Assembly: GCA_965637545.1 (NCBI GenBank)
Contig: OZ281499.1
Span: 3,906,001-3,970,000 of the forward strand
Source: Phallusia mammillata
Lineage: Eukaryota
Reading direction: 5' to 3'
DNA length: 64,000 bases
Positions 25,803 through 37,129 of this stretch are shown piece by piece. A program made the position numbers and the translations under genes. Each line of letters opens with the position of its first letter. Positions within the stretch are counted from its first letter, which is position 1. The notes below the pieces were generated by a model. That model was not told the DNA's origin, made no database searches, and worked only from the letters and a program-made list of their open reading frames with translations.

Positions 25803-25813
25803 CGGGGTCACCA
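25803..25813 (-). promoter_or_regulatory. Primer-binding site, tRNA-Trp type
   Basis: TGGTGACCCCG, one base inside the 5' LTR, is complementary to the tRNA-Trp 3' end (..CGGGGTCACCA), as described for CsRn1-clade elements. Confidence 0.85.
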
Positions 25814-25814
25814 C

Positions 25815-25976
25815 TGTAGCGCTGTTTATTTGCGCGAGTTCAAATATCGAATGACACAGGACAGAAAGGGCGAGACAAAACACGTTGCAAATAGAAAAAG
25901 GCACGTGACGTATTGTGCGGTTCGGTTACGCATGACTGGTTAACGCAGTTGGGGAAAACACCCAGTTGTCGCCACA
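25815..25976 (-). repeat. 5' LTR (162 bp)
   Basis: Identical by eye to 21874-22035; contains AATAAA on the minus strand near its 3' end. Confidence 0.95.
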
Positions 25977-27445
25977 GTCTAAAGGTTTACATTTTTTGAG
26001 AAAATTTCAATATTTACCTTTGAACTTAATGTACAGTGTATGCACTGTCCTGTGAATGTTATCGCACGCAATACACCGCAGTAGACAGCGTTTAACTTAC
26101 CTAGAAATCGTGCTTCTTTTGTTTATCCCTCCTCCCATACATCCATTAGAACAACGGGTCCCACTAAACTGCGTTGCACAGACAACCACCTCACACTGAA
26201 AAGTGCAAACACTGCGTAACCACCATTGTATAGTTTGGTGCAATTGCTTAACCTGGTGCCCATGGACTACTTTAGGAGCCGGTAATGTGATGTAGGTGGT
26301 TTGTACTGCAAAGCCTAATTTAAAAAGATATTTTGTCTCTGCCAAATATCATTTATTTTAGTCAAACCAGTCCTAAATTGATTGTAAACTGAACCAATAA
26401 AATAAAACCTGCTTAAAGGAGAATCGGTTGTAACATACAACAACCTTTTGTAAGTTATATTGAGCCTGCGTTTTTCTACATTTCACGTCAGTTTTTAATC
26501 TAGTTTAAGGCAGTGAATATGACTAAGGTTTTAGAAATCTATTTACCTGTATTACAACATTGGTGTTTTCGGTGATACCAGGCAGACCGGTTTGGAATTG
26601 AAACGCTTTTACACTGAATTGGTTTTTCATTGGATTGGCTGATGGGTATCGCTGCATAGTTTCGTCATTAATACAGCTGCAATAATAAAATTTTAAATAT
26701 AAGTACCAAACATGATAATACTCTTCCAATGTTAGAGTTTTCAGTCTATAGCCATCCAATGTTAGGCCTGTTATACTTCATCACTAAAAAGTAGGACTCA
26801 TTCCTGACAAAGAATATTAGCACTTACTTTTATGCCCAAGAAAAAAAAGCACAAGATAGTTGACGAATTTTACGTAGTCAATTTTTACAGTCAAATTTGG
26901 GTGAAGTTTGACCTAATTTGTTAATTTAAATTACCAATGACCACAACTCACGCTCTTTGGCCGGTTTTAAAAGCACCATTGTCTTTTAGACATTTCGTAA
27001 ATACAGAAAATTCTAAATGGTGGACATTTGGGCATTTTTTATTTTCCCAGTAGGACAACTTACTCCTCGTCAAAAAGGATGATATACCCCCAAAAAGAGG
27101 ACGTATGATAGGCTCATCCATTTTTTTTATTTTAAAACTGTTACGTGGATATGCCTGTTACATATGTGCTGTTTAAAACGAGGCCCAAAATTCAAACGCA
27201 TACCAAGCAGTGTCTTACCCTTCTCCAATCATACTGTAGTCACCAATGTTATCTGGGTTGGGGTCGGGTTTCGCAACACAATTAATTGTAAAAAGCTCTA
27301 CGTCAGTGTCCGTGGTCTCAGCGAGGATTGCGAAATACACGTCGTCGTTTACGTCAATGACAAGCGGGTAGGCATCTGCTGAATACGCGCTCTGAAAATT
27401 AAAAAAACATAAAAATAAATTCGTAAACGCTAATGTACGGCTAAG

Positions 27446-27727
27446 ATGAACATAAATTTATAACTGGGATCAGCCCTGAAGCGTCTATACAGACCAGCGA
27501 TCACTGCACACCCATATATCACAGTACGCCAGACGCATTGAAGCCCATACCGAATCAGCCGGTCACTAAAAATTCACCACTATATGGCAAGGCGTAAGCT
27601 AAAAAAATCTAGCCTGTGGTGGGATTCGAACCCACGAAAGGTTTTTCCGGTACTCGCGCTCTACCAACTGGTGGTAAATTCTTGGTGACCGGCTGATCCG
27701 GTATGGCGCCTTCAATGGCATACTGTG
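27446..27727 (-). mobile_element. Non-autonomous foldback repeat with a tRNA-derived core and long TSD
   Basis: Inverted arms 27520-27580 / 27671-27727 surround an A box (AGTTGGTAGAGCG) and B box (GGTTCGAATCC) on the minus strand. Flanking direct repeat taatgtacggYtaag at 27431-27445 and 27732-27746. Absent from the paralogous intron near 42310. Relatives at 3995-4120, 10180-10419, 29290-29810 (three copies) and 44552-44845. Confidence 0.75.
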
Positions 27728-28929
27728 ACGTTAATGTACGGTTAAGGTTTTTAATATCAAGGTTTAAATAAAAAACAAACAGTATAAATGTGACGTAGAA
27801 GTGTTACCTAATAACCTAGTCAATTCATAAAAAATGGTTTGTTGCACATTTATGTCGCTCGATGCAACCTTGTAATGCTAGGTCCATCTTTACTTAAAAA
27901 GGTGCGGTAAGTGACATAAAGTTGCACTAAGTAATATAAAGATGCGCAAGTGTTATAACAGTGCATCCCTGTATATTTTAGATGCACCTCTCCTAGAAAT
28001 ATTGGAAGACGTCGTAGTTACAATAAGGCTTGGTACCAATTATATGAAGACTTACGATAAATGTGGAGTCTGTGTAAAAATCGAAGGTGATTTCTATATC
28101 TGCGAATCCTTCTTCACCGGTGATTATAACTGGGCCCTGTGGGGCAAAGCTTCCAGACGTCTCAAAAAACTTTTCGTTTGCACAAGTCGTTTCAATCAAA
28201 TACCAACGACTGCGTGATACCAAGCCACCGTCAACATGAGATTCGACCCACAGTTTTACAGTGTTTTGGTGGCTCGCTTGGTTGTTTTCTGTTTCCTAAT
28301 AATACATACAGTTTATTGTTCATTTTCAATACATCTGAATTTAAACACCGTTATGAACCATTTGCCCGCAAACCCAACAATGTCAGTTTTAGCTCAAGCA
28401 AGTCAAATAGTACTTCGTATAAACGTAAATTATAAGGAATCAAGATTGTTTTGGAAGCAATCACGTTTTTAACCTTTTCGCCTGCACCTTTTGTTGAAAT
28501 TTGGTTTTACTAAAGACATATTTTAAATTAACATTTTATTATGAATAATCAATGCTATTGGAGTAAGAAAATATGAACGATGTAGAAAAGATTGTATAAT
28601 TAGTACCAGCTGAAACCAAAAAATGTTGTGCGATAAAATATTTGGGTTTTCCCAAACCAAATATTCTATACGAACAAATGCATTTGAACGTGCTTAACAC
28701 CACAACAGTGCCACATTCATCCACTCCGAAGTCAAACTCGTAGTAATCACCAAAATCGGTTCCCTGGCATTCAGCCGGAGTTGTCGAATCACTTCCGTCC
28801 GGTATAAGCCCGAAATCGGTATAATCGATGCTCACAGGGTAGTCACCCAAACTGATATAACCATCGTACGCACATTTGTTCACACGAATCGTCATTCGCG
28901 TTTCAGAACATGAACTTGACATTTGTGCT

Positions 28930-29266
28930 TCAAACAAAAATTTTTAGTGATAGATTGGAACGAGCTTTTTGAGACTATCCTAGAATTATTGTAGAAGTTG
29001 ACGATATTTTCCTGAAATTTTTTTACTGAAAAATTCAATCGGTCTATTTTGCAAATGATGTTGCCTTTGATAACCGAGTCATTTTTGCTATTTTGATAGA
29101 TTTAAACAAAAATGTTTAGTGATAGATTGGAACGAGCTTTTTGGAACAATTCTAGAATTATTGTAGAAGTTGACGATATTTAGATGAATATCGTTTACTG
29201 AAAAATTCAATCGGTCTATTTTGCAAATGATGTTGCTTTTGATAACCGAGTCATTTTTGCTATTTA
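28930..29266. repeat. Local 171-bp tandem duplication in a ZP copy 1 intron
   Basis: agtgatagattggaacgagctttttg ... gataaccgagtcatttttgctattt occurs at about 28947 and again at about 29118. Confidence 0.85.
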
Positions 29267-29815
29267 AGTCCAAGGTTAAGCTATCATTTTACTCCAGGTT
29301 CATTGAACGCGTCACAGCGAATCAGCCGGTTACCAAGCATCACAAATAAGAAGGTGAAGGCTGACAAAATCTAGCCTGCAGTAGGTTTCGTACTAGGATT
29401 CGTTCGCCTTTTCGCAACTCACTCTAAACCAGTGTTTCTTAACCTTTTTTTTTCTTGCTGCACCCCTTTCAAATCACCAACCAATTTTCGCACCCCCTGG
29501 GTTTTTGTATTTATATAGAATTGAACTAACCAACCTTGATTCAGCATGCCCGCACCTCCTAGGAACAGGTCTCGCACCTTTTGGGGGTGTGTGCACCCCT
29601 GGTTAAGAACCCTTGCTCTAAACCAACTGAACTGCAAAGACTCAGTGGTGAGCTCATCGAAAAATCATAAGCGCCGTTGCCTGCCTTGTATGCTTGCACA
29701 TGTCAGCTTCGTAGTAGGTAATGGGGCATAATGCAATTTTTCATGACTAGTAATCAGAAAATTCTAAACTGGGATCAGATCTAAACCGTTCATACAGACC
29801 AGCGATCACGACATA

Positions 29816-29849
<34 letters not shown>

Positions 29850-31618
29850 TTATAAGGTTAAAGCTTTTGAATAAATACTGTTAAAATGACACTAGTGTAC
29901 TTACGCAAACATCTTAGACCGTCTGATGCGAGTTCCCAGCAAGTTTGAAAACATGAGCAGGTGACTACACGTCCCGCCGATGTCACAAATTATCGCTGCA
30001 ACCTCCGTTGTTTATCAGACAAGGGTCGATTTCTAAATTCACACAAGAATTATTTTCAGAATTTGATTTGGAACAGATTTAATGACAAAGAGTATGAAGA
30101 AACCCTTTTTTGAAACACACATGTAGTTGAATCCTTTACTGTTTTCTGTGGGCGTCCATTCAATTGTGTATTGATACACATTGTCATCAATTTGTTCTGG
30201 GCCTTGCCATTGTAGGTCACTTATGCCAAGCACAAGGAAACTCCCCGAGCTAAAAAGCAAAATTCAACAAATGATTCTCTGTGTAATGTAACGAGCCTCA
30301 GGGTGAACGAAATGCTTTTCAGTGTTATTTTACTTTTCCAGTTCTTTTACGCATATCGAATAAGAAAAAAGTGGAACGTTACACTCTGTGTTAGTATTTT
30401 TTGAATAAATTTAACTATAGTCAAGTAGCTAGTTTGCTGGTGCTGATTTAATGTCAAACAGCTCTAAAACTCTTTGTTGAAGAGCAATTGTCTATTGTGT
30501 TTAGTGTTTTGGTTTTTCCTGAGACTTCAATGTATAGGTTAGTCAATCAAACTTTCGGGCCTAAACGGGCTTCTCAAAAACGATTCGGGTTCGGGCCGTG
30601 TTTCGGCCTTATACTTTCAGGTTCGAACCGGGTTCGGGCTCCAATTTCAGGCCAGTTTACAACTCTGCAACAAACGTTTTAGACTAACGTTCATTGATTG
30701 AAATTATTGTATTACCGTTCATATGATAAATCAATCAATCAAAAAAATATATCAGCTTAAAAGAGGCAAGCATTCAAGCGGTAAATTTTTTGAACCAATT
30801 TTCTTTCGTAAAATTTACCCGTAAATTCGTAAACGCTAATGTACGGCTAAGATGCAAATGATGTTGCCTTTGATAACCGAGTCATTTTTGCTATTTTGAT
30901 AGATTTAAACAAAAATGTTTAGTGATAGATTGGAACGAGCTTTTTGGAACAATTCTAGAATTATTGTAGAAGTTGACGATATTTTCATGAATATCGTTTA
31001 CTGAAAAATTCAATCGGTCTATTTTGCAAATGATGTTGCTTTTGATAACCGAGTCATTTTTGCTATTTAAGTCCAAGGTTAAGCTATCATTTTACTCCAG
31101 GTTCATTGAACGCGTCACAGCGAATCAGCCGGTTACCAAGCATCACAAATAAGAAGGTGAAGGCTGACAAAATCTAGCCTGCAGTAGGTTTCGTACTAGG
31201 ATTCGTTCGCCTTTTCGCAACTCACTCTAAACCAGTGTTTCTTAACCTTTTTTTTTCTTGCTGCACCCCTTTCAAATCACCAACCAATTTTCGCACCCCC
31301 TGGGTTTTTGTATTTATATAGAATTGAACTAACCAACCTTGATTCAGCATGCCCGCACCTCCTAGGAACAGGTCTCGCACCTTTTGGGGGTGTGTGCACC
31401 CCTGGTTAAGAACCCTTGCTCTAAACCAACTGAACTGCAAAGACTCAGTGGTGAGCTCATCGAAAAATCATAAGCGCCGTTGCCTGCCTTGTATGCTTGC
31501 ACATGTCAGCTTCGTAGTAGGTAATGGGGCATAATGCAATTTTTCATGACTAGTAATCAGAAAATTCTAAACTGGGATCAGATCTAAACCGTTCATACAG
31601 ACCAGCGATCACGACATA

Positions 31619-31652
<34 letters not shown>

Positions 31653-34421
31653 TTATAAGGTTAAAGCTTTTGAATAAATACTGTTAAAATGACACTAGTG
31701 TACTTACGCAAACATCTTAGACCGTCTGATGCGAGTTCCCAGCAAGTTTGAAAACATGAGCAGGTGACTACACGTCCCGCCGATGTCACAAATTATCGCT
31801 GCAACCTCCGTTGTTTATCAGACAAGGGTCGATTTCTAAATTCACACAAGAATTATTTTCAGAATTTGATTTGGAACAGATTTAATGACAAAGAGTATGA
31901 AGAAACCCTTTTTTGAAACACACATGTAGTTGAATCCTTTACTGTTTTCTGTGGGCGTCCATTCAATTGTGTATTGATACACATTGTCATCAATTTGTTC
32001 TGGGCCTTGCCATTGTAGGTCACTTATGCCAAGCACAAGGAAACTCCCCGAGCTAAAAAGCAAAATTCAACAAATGATTCTCTGTGTAATGTAACGAGCC
32101 TCAGGGTGAACGAAATGCTTTTCAGTGTTATTTTACTTTTCCAGTTCTTTTACGCATATCGAATAAGAAAAAAGTGGAACGTTACACTCTGTGTTAGTAT
32201 TTTTTGAATAAATTTAACTATAGTCAAGTAGCTAGTTTGCTGGTGCTGATTTAATGTCAAACAGCTCTAAAACTCTTTGTTGAAGAGCAATTGTCTATTG
32301 TGTTTAGTGTTTTGGTTTTTCCTGAGACTTCAATGTATAGGTTAGTCAATCAAACTTTCGGGCCTAAACGGGCTTCTCAAAAACGATTCGGGTTCGGGCC
32401 GTGTTTCGGCCTTATACTTTCAGGTTCGAACCGGGTTCGGGCTCCAATTTCAGGCCAGTTTACAACTCTGCAACAAACGTTTTAGACTAACGTTCATTGA
32501 TTGAAATTATTGTATTACCGTTCATATGATAAATCAATCAATCAAAAAAATATATCAGCTTAAAAGAGGCAAGCATTCAAGCGGTAAATTTTTTGAACCA
32601 ATTTTCTTTCGTAAAATTTACCCGTAAATTCGTAAACGCTAATGTACGGCTAAGATGCAAATGATGTTGCCTTTGATAACCGAGTCATTTTTGCTATTTT
32701 GATAGATTTAAACAAAAATGTTTAGTGATAGATTGGAACGAGCTTTTTGGAACAATTCTAGAATTATTGTAGAAGTTGACGATATTTTCATGAATATCGT
32801 TTACTGAAAAATTCAATCGGTCTATTTTGCAAATGATGTTGCTTTTGATAACCGAGTCATTTTTGCTATTTAAGTCCAAGGTTAAGCTATCATTTTACTC
32901 CAGGTTCATTGAACGCGTCACAGCGAATCAGCCGGTTACCAAGCATCACAAATAAGAAGGTGAAGGCTGACAAAATCTAGCCTGCAGTAGGTTTCGTACT
33001 AGGATTCGTTCGCCTTTTCGCAACTCACTCTAAACCAGTGTTTCTTAACCTTTTTTTTTTCTTGCTGCACCCCTTTCAAATCACCAACCAATTTTCGCAC
33101 CCCCTGGGTTTTTGTATTTATATAGAATTGAACTAACCAACCTTGATTCAGCATGCCCGCACCTCCTAGGAACAGGTCTCGCACCTTTTGGGGGTGTGTG
33201 CACCCCTGGTTAAGAACCCTTGCTCTAAACCAACTGAACTGCAAAGACTCAGTGGTGAGCTCATCGAAAAATCATAAGCGCCGTTGCCTGCCTTGTATGC
33301 TTGCACATGTCAGCTTCGTAGTAGGTAATGGGGCATAATGCAATTTTTCATGACTAGTAATCAGAAAATTCTAAACTGGGATCAGATCTAAACCGTTCAT
33401 ACAGACCAGCGATCACGACATACTTATATATATATATATATATATCAGTTATAAGGTTAAAGCTTTTGAATAAATACTGTTAAAATGACACTAGTGTACT
33501 TACGCAAACATCTTAGACCGTCTGATGCGAGTTCCCAGCAAGTTTGAAAACATGAGCAGGTGACTACACGTCCCGCCGATGTCACAAATTATCGCTGCAA
33601 CCTCCGTTGTTTATCAGACAAGGGTCGATTTCTAAATTCACACAAGAATTATTTTCAGAATTTGATTTGGAACAGATTTAATGACAAAGAGTATGAAGAA
33701 ACCCTTTTTTGAAACACACATGTAGTTGAATCCTTTACTGTTTTCTGTGGGCGTCCATTCAATTGTGTATTGATACACATTGTCATCAATTTGTTCTGGA
33801 CCTTGCCATTGTAGGTCACTTATGCCAAGCACAAGGAAACTCCCCGAGCTAAAAAGCAAAATTCAACAAATGATTCTCTGTGTAATGTAACGAGCCTCAG
33901 GGTGAACGAAATGCTTTTCAGTGTTATTTTACTTTTCCAGTTCTTTTACGCATATCGAATAAGAAAAAAGTGGAACGTTACACTCTGTGTTAGTATTTTT
34001 TGAATAAATTTAACTATAGTCAAGTAGCTAGTTTGCTGGAGCTGATTTAATGTCAAACAGCTCTAAAACTCTTTGTTGAAGAGCAATTGTCTATTGTGTT
34101 TAGTGTTTTGGTTTTTCCTGAGACTTCAATGTATAGGTTAGTCAATCAAACTTTCGGGCCTAAACGGGCTTCTCAAAAACGATTCGGGTTCGGGCCGTGT
34201 TTCGGCCTTATACTTTCAGGTTCGAACCGGGTTCGGGCTCCAATTTCAGGCCAGTTTACAACTCTGCAACAAACGTTTTAGACTAACGTTCATTGATTGA
34301 AATTATTGTATTACCGTTCATATGATAAATCAATCAATCAAAAAAATATATCAGCTTAAAAGAGGCAAGCATTCAAGCGGTAAATTTTTTGAACCAATTT
34401 TCTTTCGTAAAATTTACCCGT
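29050..34421. repeat. Near-identical tandem triplication, unit about 1803 bp (starts 29050, 30853, 32656)
   Basis: ORF track repeats at +1803; units differ by a few substitutions and by (TA)n length; both junctions carry the same filler sequence. Confidence 0.97.
29430..29615. mobile_element. hAT MITE nested in the tRNA-core repeat (also present in the other two tandem units)
   Basis: TIRs cagtgtttcttaacc / ggttaagaacccttg; 8-bp TSD CTCTAAAC at 29422-29429 and 29616-29623. Confidence 0.85.
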
Positions 34422-36760
34422 TTTTCGACTCAACAGTTACAGTTGTTTGCCAAAGATATCCAGAACTCAATGCATAGATTTGATTGTGATCTGAGGTTGG
34501 GTCGGTGAAGGTTGGTTTGTCGGAGCAATTGTCCGACGAGTATGTCACTAAAAACGATTTAGGAATTTGTACGACAAACTTTTTTAGCTTGTGTCATTAC
34601 TTCACGAAAGTAACAAATGGTAAATCAAGTAACTTTAGAGATTTACTATATATGACTTTTGAACCACGACAAGAAAACGCTGCATTTGACGTTTCCTTGT
34701 TTTGTACTTTAATTTGTAAATGTTAGCGACCTTCAATCACAAATTGTAGAGAGCTGTAGCTGAGAACTTGCAAAGATGAACCTGAATGATCTTCGATAAT
34801 GAGAACAATAGCAACTCTTGCCTCGTCTCCCTCTCCGTCGTAATGTATTTGGCATTCGTTCTTTTAAATATGGTTTCATATAAGTTTAGTTGCTTACTAT
34901 CTTGCGACTTGTGTTTAAATACGAAATGCACTACGAAAAAAAAGTTTTAGGTCGTATTTAGGTTCTTAATTCGAGTTATCCTGAGCGTAATTGAACCAAA
35001 TCCAACTTACTCATGCAAGATGACTGGGATTCACAATGTTACCTCTGTAGACGAATAGGTCATATCGAAGTATAGATAGTCTTGATAAACCCCGCCATTT
35101 CCTTCTTCATAACTGTTGGCATAGCGACATGTCACGTGATCCCCGTCTTGGTCAATCATCGGAATAACAAGGGTGTCTGGGCATCCAACCACGAACCTGT
35201 TAAAGTTAATTGTGTAAAAGATTGTTTGTTTTTTTCACCAAAAAATAAAGTACACCAAGCACGCTTTATGTATGGTAATAAAAACGTTTAGTTGTTTGTA
35301 AATTTTTACTTAATGCAAAATGGTTTGTTTATTAAAGCTATGTGTGACGTAAAATCAAATACCTGACAATTGGCCGTTGTAGGGCGATTGGAGATGAATT
35401 GATTTTACCATCACGTCTTTCAAGGTTTATGTAAACTGGTAAGTTCCATCCCGAACCGTAAAATAAATAGTCCACCCAGCAACAGCCATAGTGACTTAAA
35501 AACACAATTATGGTTTAGGTTACAGGTATATTAATGTTTGTGGTGGGGATATTTTGAAAATGGAAAAAAAGGAAATTGCCTTTAGTTCTTTATAAGCTCG
35601 AGTAAACGCAAGAAGATATTTCAAAAGCAAAGCACTTGATGAGCTAAAAAATAGGTTCTTAAATACATATATTTATACACAACCACTTTTATTTTGTTAA
35701 CCTTAGTTTGCTTGAAGTTCCTTCCGTTACATTGATGAAAGTAGATCCTTGTAGCACAGTCGAAATCGAATCAAAACTGTAGCTCAGATCGGTTAAAACA
35801 AAATGAAAGTAGTCTGTTCCGGGTGTGATGTGTGAACCCTCGAAGGTGTTAAAGTATGCGTCATAATGTCCGCCATAATATCCGCCTGTATTCAATTGGC
35901 TTGTCACTTTTATCTGAGAAAGTAAATTATAAAAAGTAAATGTAACGCATAATTAGAACAAAAACTATTAAAACGGTAATTGGCGATGGCTTCTAAATAT
36001 GCGAAAATGAAAATATCTGCAAATAAAAGATTTCGCTGATCGTTTGCCGTTCTTTTTAACTACATTTTGTATATTATAAAAAAGTAGATGCGCAAATACG
36101 GTTTTAACGATTCTAACAAGAAATTAACCAGCAGCCAATCGAATTCATCAGCGTAAAACCAAGCGGCAAGTAAAACCAATAAAAGCATTTAAAAGGAAGA
36201 AAACGAGGCGAATCGCAGATCGCAAACCTTTTTATATCATTGTGAGTGACACAAGTTTTAATATGTTGCCTTGTAAAAAGTATAACAATATGAGCTTTAT
36301 CATCACTCACAGTAACTATTCCTTCGTGCTCTTGGAATACTCTCCAGTAGGTCGCCCCTCCATAGGTAAAACTGGAATCGGTAAAGGCAAATACTTTCAG
36401 AAGTATTAAGAGGCAGATTACTACACGCATTGTCAATAACTTAGTGCAGCGTCGCCAAAATCTCTGTGGGAAAATTATCATAATAGTGATAGTTGTAACA
36501 AATTGAAACATTTAAAGTTTTTGATACCCCTACATAAATCTATATTTATAGCCTTCAAAATTCAGACATAAAATGACTTTTTGTTCGGCAAATACGAAAA
36601 CATTTGTTCCTGCTAAAATATTAGGGAGACACACACACAAAGCATTCAGCCTATGCGACTTGACGAAACAACATATGGCTCATTAAAACAATAACGTTGT
36701 ATAAAATTGACCACTGACATATTTCTAATGCTGACTAGAACTTTGGGTTATAAATTAGAT

Positions 36761-37129
36761 CAGAGTTGTAAACGGACCTGAAATTGGAGCCCGAACCCTA
36801 AACTACAAACCCGAAACCCAGCCCGAACTCGAATCGTTTTTTAGAAGCCCGTTTAAGGAGGAAAGTTTAATTAAACATTGAAGCCTCAGAAAAGACCAAG
36901 ACAACAACAAACACAATAGACAATTGGTCTCGAATAAAGCGTTTTAAGGCTGTTTGACATTAGGTTAGATCCAGCAACTGGCTGCTCAGTTAGTTAAATT
37001 TGTCATAAAACGACACAGATTGAGAAGTCAAACGACACAGATTGAGAAGAAGTCAGGCTCGAATCAAGCCCGTTTTTTTAAAAAAAAAACCTTAGCCCCA
37101 ACCCGAACCCGGGCCAATTTACAATTCTG
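36761..37129. mobile_element. hAT-type MITE, CAGAGTTG family
   Basis: TIRs cagagttgtaaa / tttacaattctg; body homologous to 58416-58817. Confidence 0.8.

Larger units (their letters stand above)
21874..25976 (-). mobile_element. Full-length Ty3/Gypsy LTR retrotransposon, CsRn1/Kabuki-like, 4103 bp
   Basis: Two identical 162-bp LTRs (TG...CA); 4-bp TSD GTCT at 21870-21873 and 25977-25980; PBS; PPT; intact gag and pol. The empty site is visible in paralog copy 2 (tcaaaggaaGTCTaaaggttt, about 40922-40942). Confidence 0.97.
21007..36430 (-). pseudogene. ZP-domain/EGF gene copy 1, disrupted
   Basis: Same exon series as copies 2 and 3 (ATG 36430, stop 21007). Lesions: the EGF exon is 128 nt versus 126 nt in copy 2, with a premature TGA; an exon end, its donor and a 41-nt exon are deleted; the ZP-N exon donor is GT>TT at 28697; a 1.8-kb internal triplication; an LTR element on the penultimate-exon acceptor. 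Confidence 0.85.

Noticed and set aside
27609-27670. Functional tRNA gene
   Set aside because: A and B boxes are present, but I cannot fold an acceptor stem or anticodon arm, and the sequence lies inside a dispersed repeat.
29050-34421. Triplication as exon shuffling that creates a functional 3xEGF-ZP protein (the EGF exon is phase 1-1)
   Set aside because: All three EGF exon copies carry the same +2 frameshift and an in-frame TGA, so no intact EGF can be encoded.
29050-34421. Triplication as a pure assembly artefact
   Set aside because: Units differ by several substitutions and share a novel templated junction, which simple read mis-joining would not produce. Read-level confirmation is still needed.
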